From NCBI GenBank assembly GCA_044376115.1, contig JBILLK010000009.1, positions 128,001 to 192,000 on the forward strand: a stretch of DNA of 64,000 nucleotides. Reading direction: 5' to 3'. This DNA comes from Polyangiaceae bacterium (GTDB taxonomy: Bacteria; Myxococcota_A; Polyangia; Polyangiales; Polyangiaceae). The translations under genes were made by a program, and so were the position numbers. Positions within the stretch are counted from its first letter, which is position 1; every line of letters begins with the position of its first letter. The notes under the pieces were generated by a model. It saw only the letters and a list, made by a program, of their open reading frames with translations. It was not told the origin of the DNA and did no database searches. Shown here one piece after another: positions 38,651 through 48,117 of this stretch.

Positions 38651-39886
38651 CTATTGGCGGTAGCTAGCGTTGGTTCCAGGCGGAAAAAGAATCTGCGCTG
38701 TTTGTACCGCCATCTGTAGGTGACTAGCGAGCTGTGTGGCCCCCGCGATGGGGGCCTTCACGAACCACGAGAGCCCGTGCTGGGTGAAGAAGACAGCTTC
38801 TGAGCTAGCGGCGATAGCGACGAGGTTCTGCCTTAGCAACGGTGGATTGAACAACGCTTGCGCGGCTTCGCAGGTCCCGCGCGTTATGAAGGTATCGTCG
38901 AACATTCGGTCGCCAATCGTGGCGATCTGCTGTCCCAGCATCACTGTGGTCCCGAGATGGTCCAGCGCGCGCGTCAAGGTTCTCGCTGTGGAGCCCAACG
39001 GCAGGTCGTCGCGGTCGGAGCCGAACTTGGAGAGCTCAACCGGGTGGTTGAGGGCGCGCGGCCATTGAACCGAAACGACTGTGTGGACTGTGGCCACGGA
39101 GTAGTCCGCGACAATCTCGAGGGGAATGCCCTGCAGAGAGCCATGAAGCTTCATCCGCGCAGGGTCGAACTCCAATCCGGCCGACGTCGCGACTTGATGC
39201 CACACTTGCTGCGTTGCGCGTTCGTGGGGCTGGACGATCATCCGCGGCCAGCGAACCTCAATCTGGTCGCGGAACCAAAGTGCAGCCTCCAAGAATCGGA
39301 GCAGCCTCCCTGCGTGGCTCACCCGCCCCGGCAGCTTGAAATGCACCTTCGAGTCCGTGACAACGAGGTTGTCGGCTCCGCCTTTGGCGAGGGCAGTGAG
39401 GAACATTTCGTCCTCCGCCGAGCGAGGGGCGAAGAGCGAGCGCAGCTTGACCGCGTCGAGCGACTCCACCCGAAGCGCCTTGTCGGCCCCCTCGTGACCC
39501 AACCGCTGATCTTCCCCCTGAAAGACGCTCTGTAGCGGGCGGCTTTTGGCGATGTGAAGGCCCATGTTGAGCGGCGGATCGATCGGCACGACGACCGAGG
39601 TCCACCAGCTCCCTGATTCACTGCCGTCGCTGTCCCCTTCGAACAGTTGCGAGAGGTTGTTTGGCGTCAGGAACTGGGTCAGCGCGAACGTGCGCCCGTT
39701 GCGCGTGCCACGAAGGGCATGTGCCGATTCAACGTTCGAGTGGACCTGTGCTCCCAGCCGTGCCTCACTGCGGCGAAAGCTGGCTCGCTCGTTGAAAGGC
39801 TCGAGGGCTCGATACGCCTGCAGGCCCAGTGTAGTTCTGAGCTGAGACCATTCTGCTGACCTCTGTTTCGTGCGAGTGGCGGTCAT
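38651..39886 (-). CDS. Hypothetical protein with two internally similar halves
   Basis: Both halves show the pattern W......GL / L.G...G / T.V......L...+.+ / G....D. Lies 14 nt downstream of cheW. Confidence 0.7.
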   Translation of the reverse strand: MTATRTKQRSAEWSQLRTTLGLQAYRALEPFNERASFRRSEARLGAQVHSNVESAHALRGTRNGRTFALTQFLTPNNLSQLFEGDSDGSESGSWWTSVVVPIDPPLNMGLHIAKSRPLQSVFQGEDQRLGHEGADKALRVESLDAVKLRSLFAPRSAEDEMFLTALAKGGADNLVVTDSKVHFKLPGRVSHAGRLLRFLEAALWFRDQIEVRWPRMIVQPHERATQQVWHQVATSAGLEFDPARMKLHGSLQGIPLEIVADYSVATVHTVVSVQWPRALNHPVELSKFGSDRDDLPLGSTARTLTRALDHLGTTVMLGQQIATIGDRMFDDTFITRGTCEAAQALFNPPLLRQNLVAIAASSEAVFFTQHGLSWFVKAPIAGATQLASHLQMAVQTAQILFPPGTNASYRQ

Positions 39887-39900
39887 CCGCGGCCTTCAGT

Positions 39901-40389
39901 TTAGGAGCCGAGTTTCTCTGGAATCACGAGCTCTGAGACGACGCTCGCCAACAAGTTCTCATCGCAAGAAAAGACGAGGTTGCCGTCGACGTTGGTCACT
40001 CCCCGAATGCCGCGTGAGTACTGGCCAGCGCCGACGTTCGGGGTGGGGGAGAGCGCTCCGGCGGTTCCCACGACGTCGAGCACGCGGTCCACGACAAAGC
40101 CCACGAGCCCGTATTGCGTGCGCGTGAGGATCCATTTGGCCGAACGCAGCTGCGCAGGCTCCATTCCGAAACGAAGCCGGAGATCCACTACCGGTGTCAC
40201 ACGCCCACGGTGATCGAAGACGCCGACGATGCTGGGCCCCATATGCGGCAAGGGCGTGATTGCGTGCGGATGGACGACCTCTTCGACCGTGTGGACGTCA
40301 AACGAGTACGTGGTATCGGAGACGACAAAGCGCACGAGGTTCTTCTGCTCGCCGCGGAGCTTTTGACTACGTCGCGAGGCCCCGATCAT
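39901..40389 (-). CDS. cheW: Chemotaxis coupling protein CheW
   Basis: V.EVV.....TPLPH....VGVFDHRGRVTPVVDLR, GFVVDRV. Confidence 0.9.
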   Translation of the reverse strand: MIGASRRSQKLRGEQKNLVRFVVSDTTYSFDVHTVEEVVHPHAITPLPHMGPSIVGVFDHRGRVTPVVDLRLRFGMEPAQLRSAKWILTRTQYGLVGFVVDRVLDVVGTAGALSPTPNVGAGQYSRGIRGVTNVDGNLVFSCDENLLASVVSELVIPEKLGS

Positions 40390-40889
40390 GGCACCAGCGC
40401 CTTTGCTTCCAAGAGCAACAGGATCTCGTCGTCGTCTTGTTCTCGCGCGATGCCGACGATCTGAGCGCCGGCATCTGTCCCGACGGTGGTGGTCGCTCGC
40501 TCGATGTCACGGCTCAGGAGCCGGTGAACGGTCAGCACCTCATCCACTACCAACCCAAGGATCTCCCCGTTGATGTCCGCCATCAGGATGCGAATGCGCG
40601 GCCCATGGATTCGATGCGACGTCTCCGGGACGACACTGCACGCGAGCCCTAGCTGACGCGCCATATCGATCACTGTCACGACGCGCCCGCGGAAGCTGGT
40701 GATGCCGAGGACCGCCGTTGGTGCGCGCGGAACGGGCGTAATCTGCGCGCCCCGAACGATCTCGCGGATGATGGACACCGGCAAGGCGTAGGTTGTCGAA
40801 GCGACGCGGAACGCCAGGTACTCGTTGAGTGCGCCCTCGGTCCTACGTTCGAGCGTTCGCTGTGCTCGCATCTTGGTCATGGCTGTCAT
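40386..40889 (-). CDS. cheW: Chemotaxis coupling protein CheW
   Basis: YLAFRV...YALP...IREI.....TPVPRAP..VLGI..RGRVVTVID, GLVVDEV. Confidence 0.92.
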   Translation of the reverse strand: MTAMTKMRAQRTLERRTEGALNEYLAFRVASTTYALPVSIIREIVRGAQITPVPRAPTAVLGITSFRGRVVTVIDMARQLGLACSVVPETSHRIHGPRIRILMADINGEILGLVVDEVLTVHRLLSRDIERATTTVGTDAGAQIVGIAREQDDDEILLLLEAKALVP

Positions 40890-42988
40890 GAGGACCTCGC
40901 TTGCTGGGCGCGTCGCCGGTCGCTCGCAACGACCTCTTCATACAGGCTGGGCGTATCGAGAACGAGCCCCAGCCGCTCCTCGCCGAGATCGGCAGCACCT
41001 GCGAAACCTCGGACCGAACGCAGCGAAGCGCCGATGGTCTTCATGACTACGTCTTGGCCGCCGATCAGCCGATGCACCACCAGGCCGAGCCGCGCGGAGC
41101 CCGCCATGGTTACCACCACATAATGTTTCGCCGATATGCGGCGCTCAGGGATGTCGAAGACCTTGGTCAGGCGCGCGAGGCGCAGGGTAGAACCGCGCAG
41201 GGTCATCGCTTCATGCCCGTCGACGGAGAAGATATCGTCCTCTGTGATCTGTACCGCTTCACGCACGTTGGCGAGCGGGATTGCGAAGGTGTGGCCCTCA
41301 ACCTCGGCTACGAGGACGCGCACGATTGCGAGCGTGATGGGCAAGGTGATGGCCAGCTTCGTCCCGATCCCGACCTCGCTTTGAACGTCGATGACGCCGC
41401 CAAGCTTACCGATGTTGGTTTTGACGACGTCCATACCGACGCCGCGGCCTGAGATGTCCCCAGCCTGTTTGCGTGTTGAGAGCCCGGGCGTGAAGATCAG
41501 GTTGAGCACGTCGCGCCGGCTGGTGGAGCGCACGTCGGCAGGGTTGATGAAGCCTCGGGATAGCGCGACCTCGAGTACACGCTCGGTGTCGATACCGCCG
41601 CCGTCGTCCTCCAGCTCGATCAGGACGTGATTGCCCTTCTGAAAAGCGTTGAGCGCAATCGTCCCGACCTCAGGCTTGCCAGCCGCCTTGCGTGCCTGAG
41701 CCGACTCGATGCCGTGATCGATGGCGTTGCGCATCATGTGCATCAACGGATCGGAGAGCTCCTCGACGATCAGCTTGTCGACTTCGGTCTCGGCGCCGGT
41801 GATAACCAGGTTGAATTGCTTGTCGGCGTTGCGGCCGACTTGGCGCGCCACGCGACTGAGCCGCTCGAAGAGCTGGCCGAGGGGCACCATGCGCACCTCG
41901 AGGATGCCTTGCTGCATCGACTCGAGCTGGCGGTCGAACGTGCGTGAAAGGCGCAGCAGCTCGAGCGCGCTGGTGCGGTCGGTCGCGAGCGGCCGCATGC
42001 GCTCAAACAGCCTGTCGATCGAGGACTTCACGATCGCGAGTTCACTCACCGCGTTCATCAGCCGGTCGAGCTTCTGGATGTCGACGCGCACCGTTTGAGT
42101 CACGCTGCGGATGGTGCCAACCCGCATCTCTTGCGGGGGCGGAACGCTCGAGGGAGGCACGAGCGGCTGCTCTGCGGCGGCGTGTACGGCCTCGTGCTCG
42201 CCAGTGTCTGCCGCGTGGAAAGCCGCCGCCGGCATGGGCGTGCGCAAGCCAGCCTTGCGCGGGACCTCGCTGATCACCGCGCCGGAGTCGGCGAGCAATA
42301 CCTCCAGCGAAGCTTGGTCGCGCTTGGACGCCATCAAGATGTCGAGCTCGATCGAGTCGGCGTCGGCACCTTCACCCGTCGGCAGGTACGTGATGATCTC
42401 TCCGTGCGGCTTCGCCGTCGCCTTCAGTTGTTCCAGCGACTCATCGATGGTCAAAAGCGAGAAGCGCGTACGCAGCCGAAAGATGCGGTTTCCCGCCTCG
42501 ACGTTTACGCGCAGACGATGTTCCTCATACTCGGTCAACACCGAGAGAATGTTGGGGTCGAGGTCGAGCGCCGGCGCTCCTTCGGGCTTTGCCTCGAGCC
42601 CAGCCCCTCGCAGCTCGGTGAGCACGCTCTCTAGCTCTTGCAGCGGTGGAACGGCTCCGGTGTTCTCCGCGAGCAGCAGGCGGTGCCCAACGTCGAGCGC
42701 GCGGAACAACGTATCGACCACCTCGCTGGTGAAGGTGCTCTTGCCCAGCCGCAGCGAGTCGAGCTTTGTTTCGAGCTCGTTGGCCAGCGTGTTCAGGGTG
42801 GTTGCGCCAAACAGGCCGGCAAGTCCCTTGAGCGTATGAACCGCTCGAAAAATGTCGTTGATCAGGTCTGGATCAGCGTTGCCTGAGCGCAACGACTCGT
42901 CGAGCAGCACCAGATCGCGACCGAGCGCTTCGAAGATGTCTTCGGCTTCGGTGAGAAACTCGATCTTGCCGCGTTCGTTGTCGTTCAT
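40886..42988 (-). CDS. cheA: Chemotaxis histidine kinase CheA (Hpt, P2, dimerisation, HATPase, P5; no receiver domain)
   Basis: FRAVHTLKG, TVRVD..KLD.LMN.V.EL, HMMRNAIDHGIE, DDGGG, SGRGVGMDVV, LPITLAI. Confidence 0.96.
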   Translation of the reverse strand: MNDNERGKIEFLTEAEDIFEALGRDLVLLDESLRSGNADPDLINDIFRAVHTLKGLAGLFGATTLNTLANELETKLDSLRLGKSTFTSEVVDTLFRALDVGHRLLLAENTGAVPPLQELESVLTELRGAGLEAKPEGAPALDLDPNILSVLTEYEEHRLRVNVEAGNRIFRLRTRFSLLTIDESLEQLKATAKPHGEIITYLPTGEGADADSIELDILMASKRDQASLEVLLADSGAVISEVPRKAGLRTPMPAAAFHAADTGEHEAVHAAAEQPLVPPSSVPPPQEMRVGTIRSVTQTVRVDIQKLDRLMNAVSELAIVKSSIDRLFERMRPLATDRTSALELLRLSRTFDRQLESMQQGILEVRMVPLGQLFERLSRVARQVGRNADKQFNLVITGAETEVDKLIVEELSDPLMHMMRNAIDHGIESAQARKAAGKPEVGTIALNAFQKGNHVLIELEDDGGGIDTERVLEVALSRGFINPADVRSTSRRDVLNLIFTPGLSTRKQAGDISGRGVGMDVVKTNIGKLGGVIDVQSEVGIGTKLAITLPITLAIVRVLVAEVEGHTFAIPLANVREAVQITEDDIFSVDGHEAMTLRGSTLRLARLTKVFDIPERRISAKHYVVVTMAGSARLGLVVHRLIGGQDVVMKTIGASLRSVRGFAGAADLGEERLGLVLDTPSLYEEVVASDRRRAQQARSS

Positions 42989-43058
42989 TCCAGGCAGCAG
43001 GAGGCTACATGTCTAGCGGCAGCCTGCGCAACGTTGCGTCCAGGAGTTACCGACTTCA

Positions 43059-44177
43059 TCAACGCGAACGCCGTAACGCCGCTAACTGGCCGCAGGCGCC
43101 ACCTACGTCTCGGCCACGGGGGCGTCGAATGAGCGTGGTCACTCCGAGCTCGACCAAGATCGCGACGAACTCGTCGAGCGAGCTCTTGCTGGGCGTAGAC
43201 AGCGCGGGATCCGGACCGGGGTTCATTGGGATCACGTTGACTCTGCTGCGCACGCGAGCCGCAAGCTTGGCTAGTTCCCGCGCGTCTTCCGGGCTGTCGT
43301 TGAAGCCGCCGATCAGCACATACTCGAACAAAACGCGCCTCCCTCTAGGCAGGTGCTGCTCAAGTTCGGTGAACAGCGCTTGCAGCGGAAATCGCTGATT
43401 GATGGGCATGATTCGGCCACGCTTCTCATCGGTCGCAGCGTTGAGACTGACGGCCAACTCGGCTTTGCAACTCTCGAAAAAGGGCCCGATCTTGTCGGCT
43501 ACTCCCACGGTGGAAACCGTGACCCGGGAGCGCGATAGAGCGAACGCGTTGTCGTCGGTGAGCAGCTGGGTGGCCTTGGCCACCTCGGTCAGGTTGTCGA
43601 AGGGCTCGCCCATGCCCATGAACACGACGTTCTGAATCGCTGGGAGTCGGTTGCCCCAAACCAAGCGGGCGATGCGTAGCTGGTCCACGATCTCGCCTGC
43701 GTCGAGTTGCCGGGTCAGCCCGTTCACGCCGGTTTCGCAGAAGCTGCAGGCGCGCGCGCAACCGACCTGGCTTGAAACGCAAACCGTGGTTCGATTCGGT
43801 GCAGGAATCAGCACCGTCTCGACGTAGTTGCCGTCGAGCGTTGCGAGCAGAAGGCGCTCGGAGCCATCCAACGCGGGCGCGCGCTCGGCGATGGTGAGCG
43901 AACAACGGGCGTCGAGCGCGAGCAGCGCAGGGTGGGCCCAGGCGCCGACGCCGAGATCGCGTAGGAGGGCCTGGTCCCAGGGCGAATCGAGGCCTTCAGG
44001 CCTCACCCTAAAGGTATGCCGCAAGACCTTGGCGGCGGCGGAGGCCGCTTGGGATGGTGACCCTCCGGAACGGGTGAGCAGAGCGCTCAGTTCTCTGCTA
44101 GGAAGCGAGGCCAGAAGGGGCAAGCCCGGCCGTTTCCGCGTTAGGCCCGAGCCGGGGGTGGTTCCCGGGTTGATCAT
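43059..44177 (-). CDS. rlmN: RlmN/Cfr-family radical SAM RNA methyltransferase
   Basis: CVSSQVGCARACSFC, VFMGMGEP, VSTVG, SLNA, GACGQL. May be a paralogue of the housekeeping copy. Confidence 0.85.
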   Translation of the reverse strand: MINPGTTPGSGLTRKRPGLPLLASLPSRELSALLTRSGGSPSQAASAAAKVLRHTFRVRPEGLDSPWDQALLRDLGVGAWAHPALLALDARCSLTIAERAPALDGSERLLLATLDGNYVETVLIPAPNRTTVCVSSQVGCARACSFCETGVNGLTRQLDAGEIVDQLRIARLVWGNRLPAIQNVVFMGMGEPFDNLTEVAKATQLLTDDNAFALSRSRVTVSTVGVADKIGPFFESCKAELAVSLNAATDEKRGRIMPINQRFPLQALFTELEQHLPRGRRVLFEYVLIGGFNDSPEDARELAKLAARVRSRVNVIPMNPGPDPALSTPSKSSLDEFVAILVELGVTTLIRRPRGRDVGGACGQLAALRRSR

Positions 44178-44253
44178 CCTCCCGACCTACCATTTCCACG
44201 TTTGGGCGGGTAACCCCGCGCGAAACGAATGAAACGCAAGTAGAGTTGTCTCG

Positions 44254-46017
44254 ATGTCTTGGATTCGCACCCTGGTTACGACCTGCTTGCTCTCATGTGC
44301 GCTGCTCTCGGCTGCGGTGGTCTCCGCTGCGCCGAAAGACAGCAAGGCACAGAAGGCCCTCAAAGAAGCAATGGAGGATGACTACCTCCTGACCAACTTC
44401 GACGACGCCGAGGCAAAGCTGCGCGGCGCGCTCGAGACTTGCGGCGCCTCCGGCTGCAGTAAGTCGGTCAAGTCAAAGGTCTATGTCGGCCTTGGTATCG
44501 TGCTCGCGGGGGGCAAGAAGGACAAGCTGGGCGGCACCGACGCCTTCAAAGAGGCGCTCAAACTCGACTCCAACGCCACGCCGGATCCCGACTACGTAAC
44601 GAGTGAAGTGAAGGCTGCATTTGAGGCGGCGAAGAAGGGCGGCGGCTCGTCTGGCTCCTCCGGCTCTTCCGGCGGAGATTCGGGCAATAGCGGCTCCAAG
44701 CCTGCGAACTCGGAGGATTCGCCCATCACGCTCAATGAGCTCTCGGAGCAGAAGGTCAACACGCCTGTGCCGGTGTACGTCGGGGTGGAGGATGACTCGG
44801 TGAAGGTCGCCACCGTCACGGTCACCTACATCCCGGTCGGCTCCTCTTCATCCAAGAAGCTCGAGCTCGAGAAGAGTGGTCGTGGCTTTCGCGGCAACAT
44901 CCCGTGCGCGTCGGTGGCGAAGAAAGGCAGTCTGAAATTTTGGGTCACTGCCAAGGACAAAGGCGGCAAGGTCGTGGGCTCGTTGGGAAGTGATTCCGAT
45001 CCGTACACCACCGCCATCAAGAGTGACGTGGACGGCAAACCGCCGAGTTGGCCAGGGTTTGCGCCGCCCGAAGCTTGCGCTGGATCAAGCGAGGACGGAG
45101 GAGCGGGAGACGGCGGAGAGTCTGGCGCAACGCGCAGGCAGTGCACCGAGGACAAGGATTGCCCCGCCGACGAAAAGTGCGCGAACTTCGAGTGCCTCAA
45201 GAAGCCGAGCGAAGGCGGAGACAGTGGGTCGGAGCCTGGGGCCGGAGATACAGGCTCGGAGGATGACGGCCCGAGCAGCGACCGACTCAACTGGATTCGC
45301 ATCACGTTTACGCCTGATTTTGCGATGATCTCCGGCGAATCGATCTGCGGGTTTCAAGACGCCTACGCCGACGGCGGGCCGTCGGTGGCCAACGACGCTA
45401 CCTACGTTTGCATCAAGAACCCAACCTCCGAGAATCCCTCGCGCTACCTCGGTCAGGCGACGGCCGGCCAGGGCAACAACGTCAACTTCGGGTTTGGCGT
45501 GTCCACCATGCGGATCTTGGCGAGCTATGACCGCGTGGTCTGGAAGGGCCTCTCTCTCGGCGCGCGCTTAGGCTTCGTTTTCAACGGCACCTATGAAGAT
45601 TTCGCCTCGTTCATCCCCTTTCACGGTGAAGGGCGAATCACCTACACGATTGGTTCGGAGCCTTGGTCCGGTAAGCAGGTGGTGCGCCCCTGGTTCTTCG
45701 TCGGTGGCGGTTTCGCCCAGGTGGACGCTTCGGTGAACGTCGACGTGCTCGAGGACGGTGAAGCCTGCGGGGCCGAGAATCCTGGCGATACCACGAGCGC
45801 CTGTTCCATCGAGTCCGCCGATGGCGTACTTGAACCGCGCATCCAAACGCTGCGCGCGGTAAAGCAAGCTGGGCTGGGCTTTGCCGGTGGCGGTGCCGGT
45901 ATCTCGTTTGTTCCAGCCGATCTTTTCGAGATCAATCTTGGTCTCAAGTTCTCCGTCACGTTCCCGTTCGTGATGCCGGTTCTTTCTCCTGAAGCGGGAA
46001 TCGGGTTCGGCTTCTGA
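44254..46017 (+). CDS. Exported multidomain protein, probable C-terminal outer-membrane beta-barrel
   Basis: Signal peptide, TPR-like helix pair, Gly/Ser linkers, Cys-rich repeat, alternating beta-strands ending GIGFGF. Confidence 0.75.
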   Translation: MSWIRTLVTTCLLSCALLSAAVVSAAPKDSKAQKALKEAMEDDYLLTNFDDAEAKLRGALETCGASGCSKSVKSKVYVGLGIVLAGGKKDKLGGTDAFKEALKLDSNATPDPDYVTSEVKAAFEAAKKGGGSSGSSGSSGGDSGNSGSKPANSEDSPITLNELSEQKVNTPVPVYVGVEDDSVKVATVTVTYIPVGSSSSKKLELEKSGRGFRGNIPCASVAKKGSLKFWVTAKDKGGKVVGSLGSDSDPYTTAIKSDVDGKPPSWPGFAPPEACAGSSEDGGAGDGGESGATRRQCTEDKDCPADEKCANFECLKKPSEGGDSGSEPGAGDTGSEDDGPSSDRLNWIRITFTPDFAMISGESICGFQDAYADGGPSVANDATYVCIKNPTSENPSRYLGQATAGQGNNVNFGFGVSTMRILASYDRVVWKGLSLGARLGFVFNGTYEDFASFIPFHGEGRITYTIGSEPWSGKQVVRPWFFVGGGFAQVDASVNVDVLEDGEACGAENPGDTTSACSIESADGVLEPRIQTLRAVKQAGLGFAGGGAGISFVPADLFEINLGLKFSVTFPFVMPVLSPEAGIGFGF

Positions 46018-46118
46018 AACCTTTTAATTCTCAGGCAGAGGCCCTCAAGAGCGAAAAGCTCAAGAGCCTCCTTCAAGCTGCAATTCACGGTGAACGTGGA
46101 GAGCGCGGTCGTGACCCG

Positions 46119-46886
46119 TTGACGGTCTTTCTAAACGATCTGGATCGCGTCAGCGGTCTTCCCGGTCCGCGTCCCAACCTTCCGCTGCTTCGTGCGCTCG
46201 GCCTCGCGGTTCACGGTCATGGGGAGGCCGGCAAAGTGTTTGCCCACGACTTGCGCCAGTCCAAGGTGCTCGCGCAGGTGTACATCGGCATCTTTGCGCT
46301 GGCCTGTGGTGCAGCGAACCCAAAGGATAAGAAGCTGATCATTCAGCTGATCGACAGCACCGACGAGTCGGAGAAGGAACGTCGGGATGCGGTTACCCAT
46401 GCGCTCGAGGACGTGCTCGCCGTGCGAGCGGATGAGGCTGTCGAGCGGCTTCTTCCCCACGCAGACGGCTATTTGCATCTGCACGTGCTGCTTACAGCGA
46501 CCACGACTCCAAGGGTCCTGACCGCACTCAAGTCGGCAGCGCCGCTCCTCGCCTGCATCGAGGCGGCGTTCCAAATGGTGATCGAAGCGCCGCGATCGGC
46601 CGAGCGCTCGCAGGGTTACCGTACGCTGGCGGAGTCGCTGCCGCGTCAGATCGCCACCGGGGCGAAGCGTTTCGTCGAGCTTAGCGATTGGGTCGCCGCA
46701 AAGGCCGAGACCACCGACAACCCGCAGGCGCGTGCGATCTTGGACGCAGCGATCAACGATCTTCGGCCCCTTCTCGGAGAGGCCGACACCGACCGCTTGC
46801 GACATTCCCTCGAGGGCTCGGCCAAGCCAGCGCGTGACCCGAGTCGAATCGTGCAGGGGACGCGCAAGCGAAGCCGAGGCCGCTGA
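46119..46886 (+). CDS. Hypothetical helical protein
   Basis: SGLPGPRPNL motif and basic C-terminus. True start may be upstream (CTG 46014). Confidence 0.7.
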   Translation: MTVFLNDLDRVSGLPGPRPNLPLLRALGLAVHGHGEAGKVFAHDLRQSKVLAQVYIGIFALACGAANPKDKKLIIQLIDSTDESEKERRDAVTHALEDVLAVRADEAVERLLPHADGYLHLHVLLTATTTPRVLTALKSAAPLLACIEAAFQMVIEAPRSAERSQGYRTLAESLPRQIATGAKRFVELSDWVAAKAETTDNPQARAILDAAINDLRPLLGEADTDRLRHSLEGSAKPARDPSRIVQGTRKRSRGR

Positions 46887-46897
46887 GCAAAGCCGCT

Positions 46898-47191
46898 TCA
46901 GGCCGATGGGGCGTCTTGGTCGAGAGCCATGCGCCCCAAGATTTCTTCAGCCACCGTGCGTAGATCTTCAGCCGCGTCGAGCTTATCGCCCCGCAGGTAG
47001 GCGTCGATCCCGTCCATCGCCACGAGCGCGAGGCTCGCGTTCACCCCGCGGTCGGTGAGCGCCGCCACCACCTCGGAGGTCTTGAGCAGCGTACGCAGCT
47101 CTTCCATCAGCTCCGCAAGTTCACGCAAGCCGCCCGTGCCGCCCACCGTCTCCCCGATGCGTGAGCCGAGTTCGTCGTCCTCGTGTGCCAT
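46898..47191 (-). CDS. Hypothetical protein
   Basis: Start overlaps the SDR stop by 1 nt (TGATG); helical, acidic. Confidence 0.7.
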   Translation of the reverse strand: MAHEDDELGSRIGETVGGTGGLRELAELMEELRTLLKTSEVVAALTDRGVNASLALVAMDGIDAYLRGDKLDAAEDLRTVAEEILGRMALDQDAPSA

Positions 47192-48030
47192 CAGCGCACC
47201 GTCTTCGTCACGCGCGGAATCGCCTTGAACGGTACGTGTGGGGGTTCATGCCCTGCGACGCACTGGTACTTGTCAAAGTTGGTCACGCCCTCGGAGCGAA
47301 GCAGCTCCTCGTCCAACCAGGCTTTCCCCATGCGTTCCCGGGGCTCCTTGGCGAGCAAGGCTACCGTCGCATCAGCAATGATGTCCGCCTTACGCCAAAC
47401 CTCTGGTCCGCCGAGCCCAAAGTTCATCGTCGCGTAGCTCTCGACCGCGGTCGCCGGCCACAGCGCATGGGCCGTTACGTTGTCCTCGGCGTACTCCTCG
47501 GCGATCGATTGGGCGATCATCGTCATACCGAACTTGGATACCGAGTAGGCGCCGTGCCCAGCGATGGCTTCGGTATCCACGGCGGGAGACATCATCACGA
47601 TGTGGCCGAACTTCCGCGCGATCATGTGAGGAAGAACCGCGTGTGAAAGCACGAACGCCGCGCGCACGTTGATGCCCATGATGAGGTCGTACTTCTTTAC
47701 CGGGGTATCTGCGACGTCGGCCCACCACAGCGCACCGGCGTTGTTGACGAGCGCGTCCACGCGACCAAAGGTCTCGATCGTCTTTGCGATAGCCGCTTCG
47801 CAGGCGGTCTCGTCGCGCACGTCCAACTTGAGCGGCAGAGCTTTGCGGCCGAGCGCTTCGACCTCGCGGGCCACATCGTGAATCGTGCCGGGCAGCTTCG
47901 GATTCTCGGCTACCTCGGTCTTGGCGGCGATCACGATGTGAGCGCCTTCTTTTGCGCAGGCCAACGCGACTGCGCGGCCGATCCCGCGCGATGCACCGGT
48001 GATGAATACGACGCGATCCGTGAGCTTCAT
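47191..48030 (-). CDS. Short-chain dehydrogenase/reductase (HSDL2-like)
   Basis: ITGASRGIG, IAAKT...NPKLPGTI, NNAG, YSVSK, ALWPAT. Confidence 0.9.
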   Translation of the reverse strand: MKLTDRVVFITGASRGIGRAVALACAKEGAHIVIAAKTEVAENPKLPGTIHDVAREVEALGRKALPLKLDVRDETACEAAIAKTIETFGRVDALVNNAGALWWADVADTPVKKYDLIMGINVRAAFVLSHAVLPHMIARKFGHIVMMSPAVDTEAIAGHGAYSVSKFGMTMIAQSIAEEYAEDNVTAHALWPATAVESYATMNFGLGGPEVWRKADIIADATVALLAKEPRERMGKAWLDEELLRSEGVTNFDKYQCVAGHEPPHVPFKAIPRVTKTVR

Positions 48031-48117
48031 GCCCGGCTGGCTACCAGTGCCACACCTCGGCGGCCAGGGGGCAGCGACGAGAATCGCGCCCCGGGCAGCG
48101 GCCGAGCGGAGCTTCGA

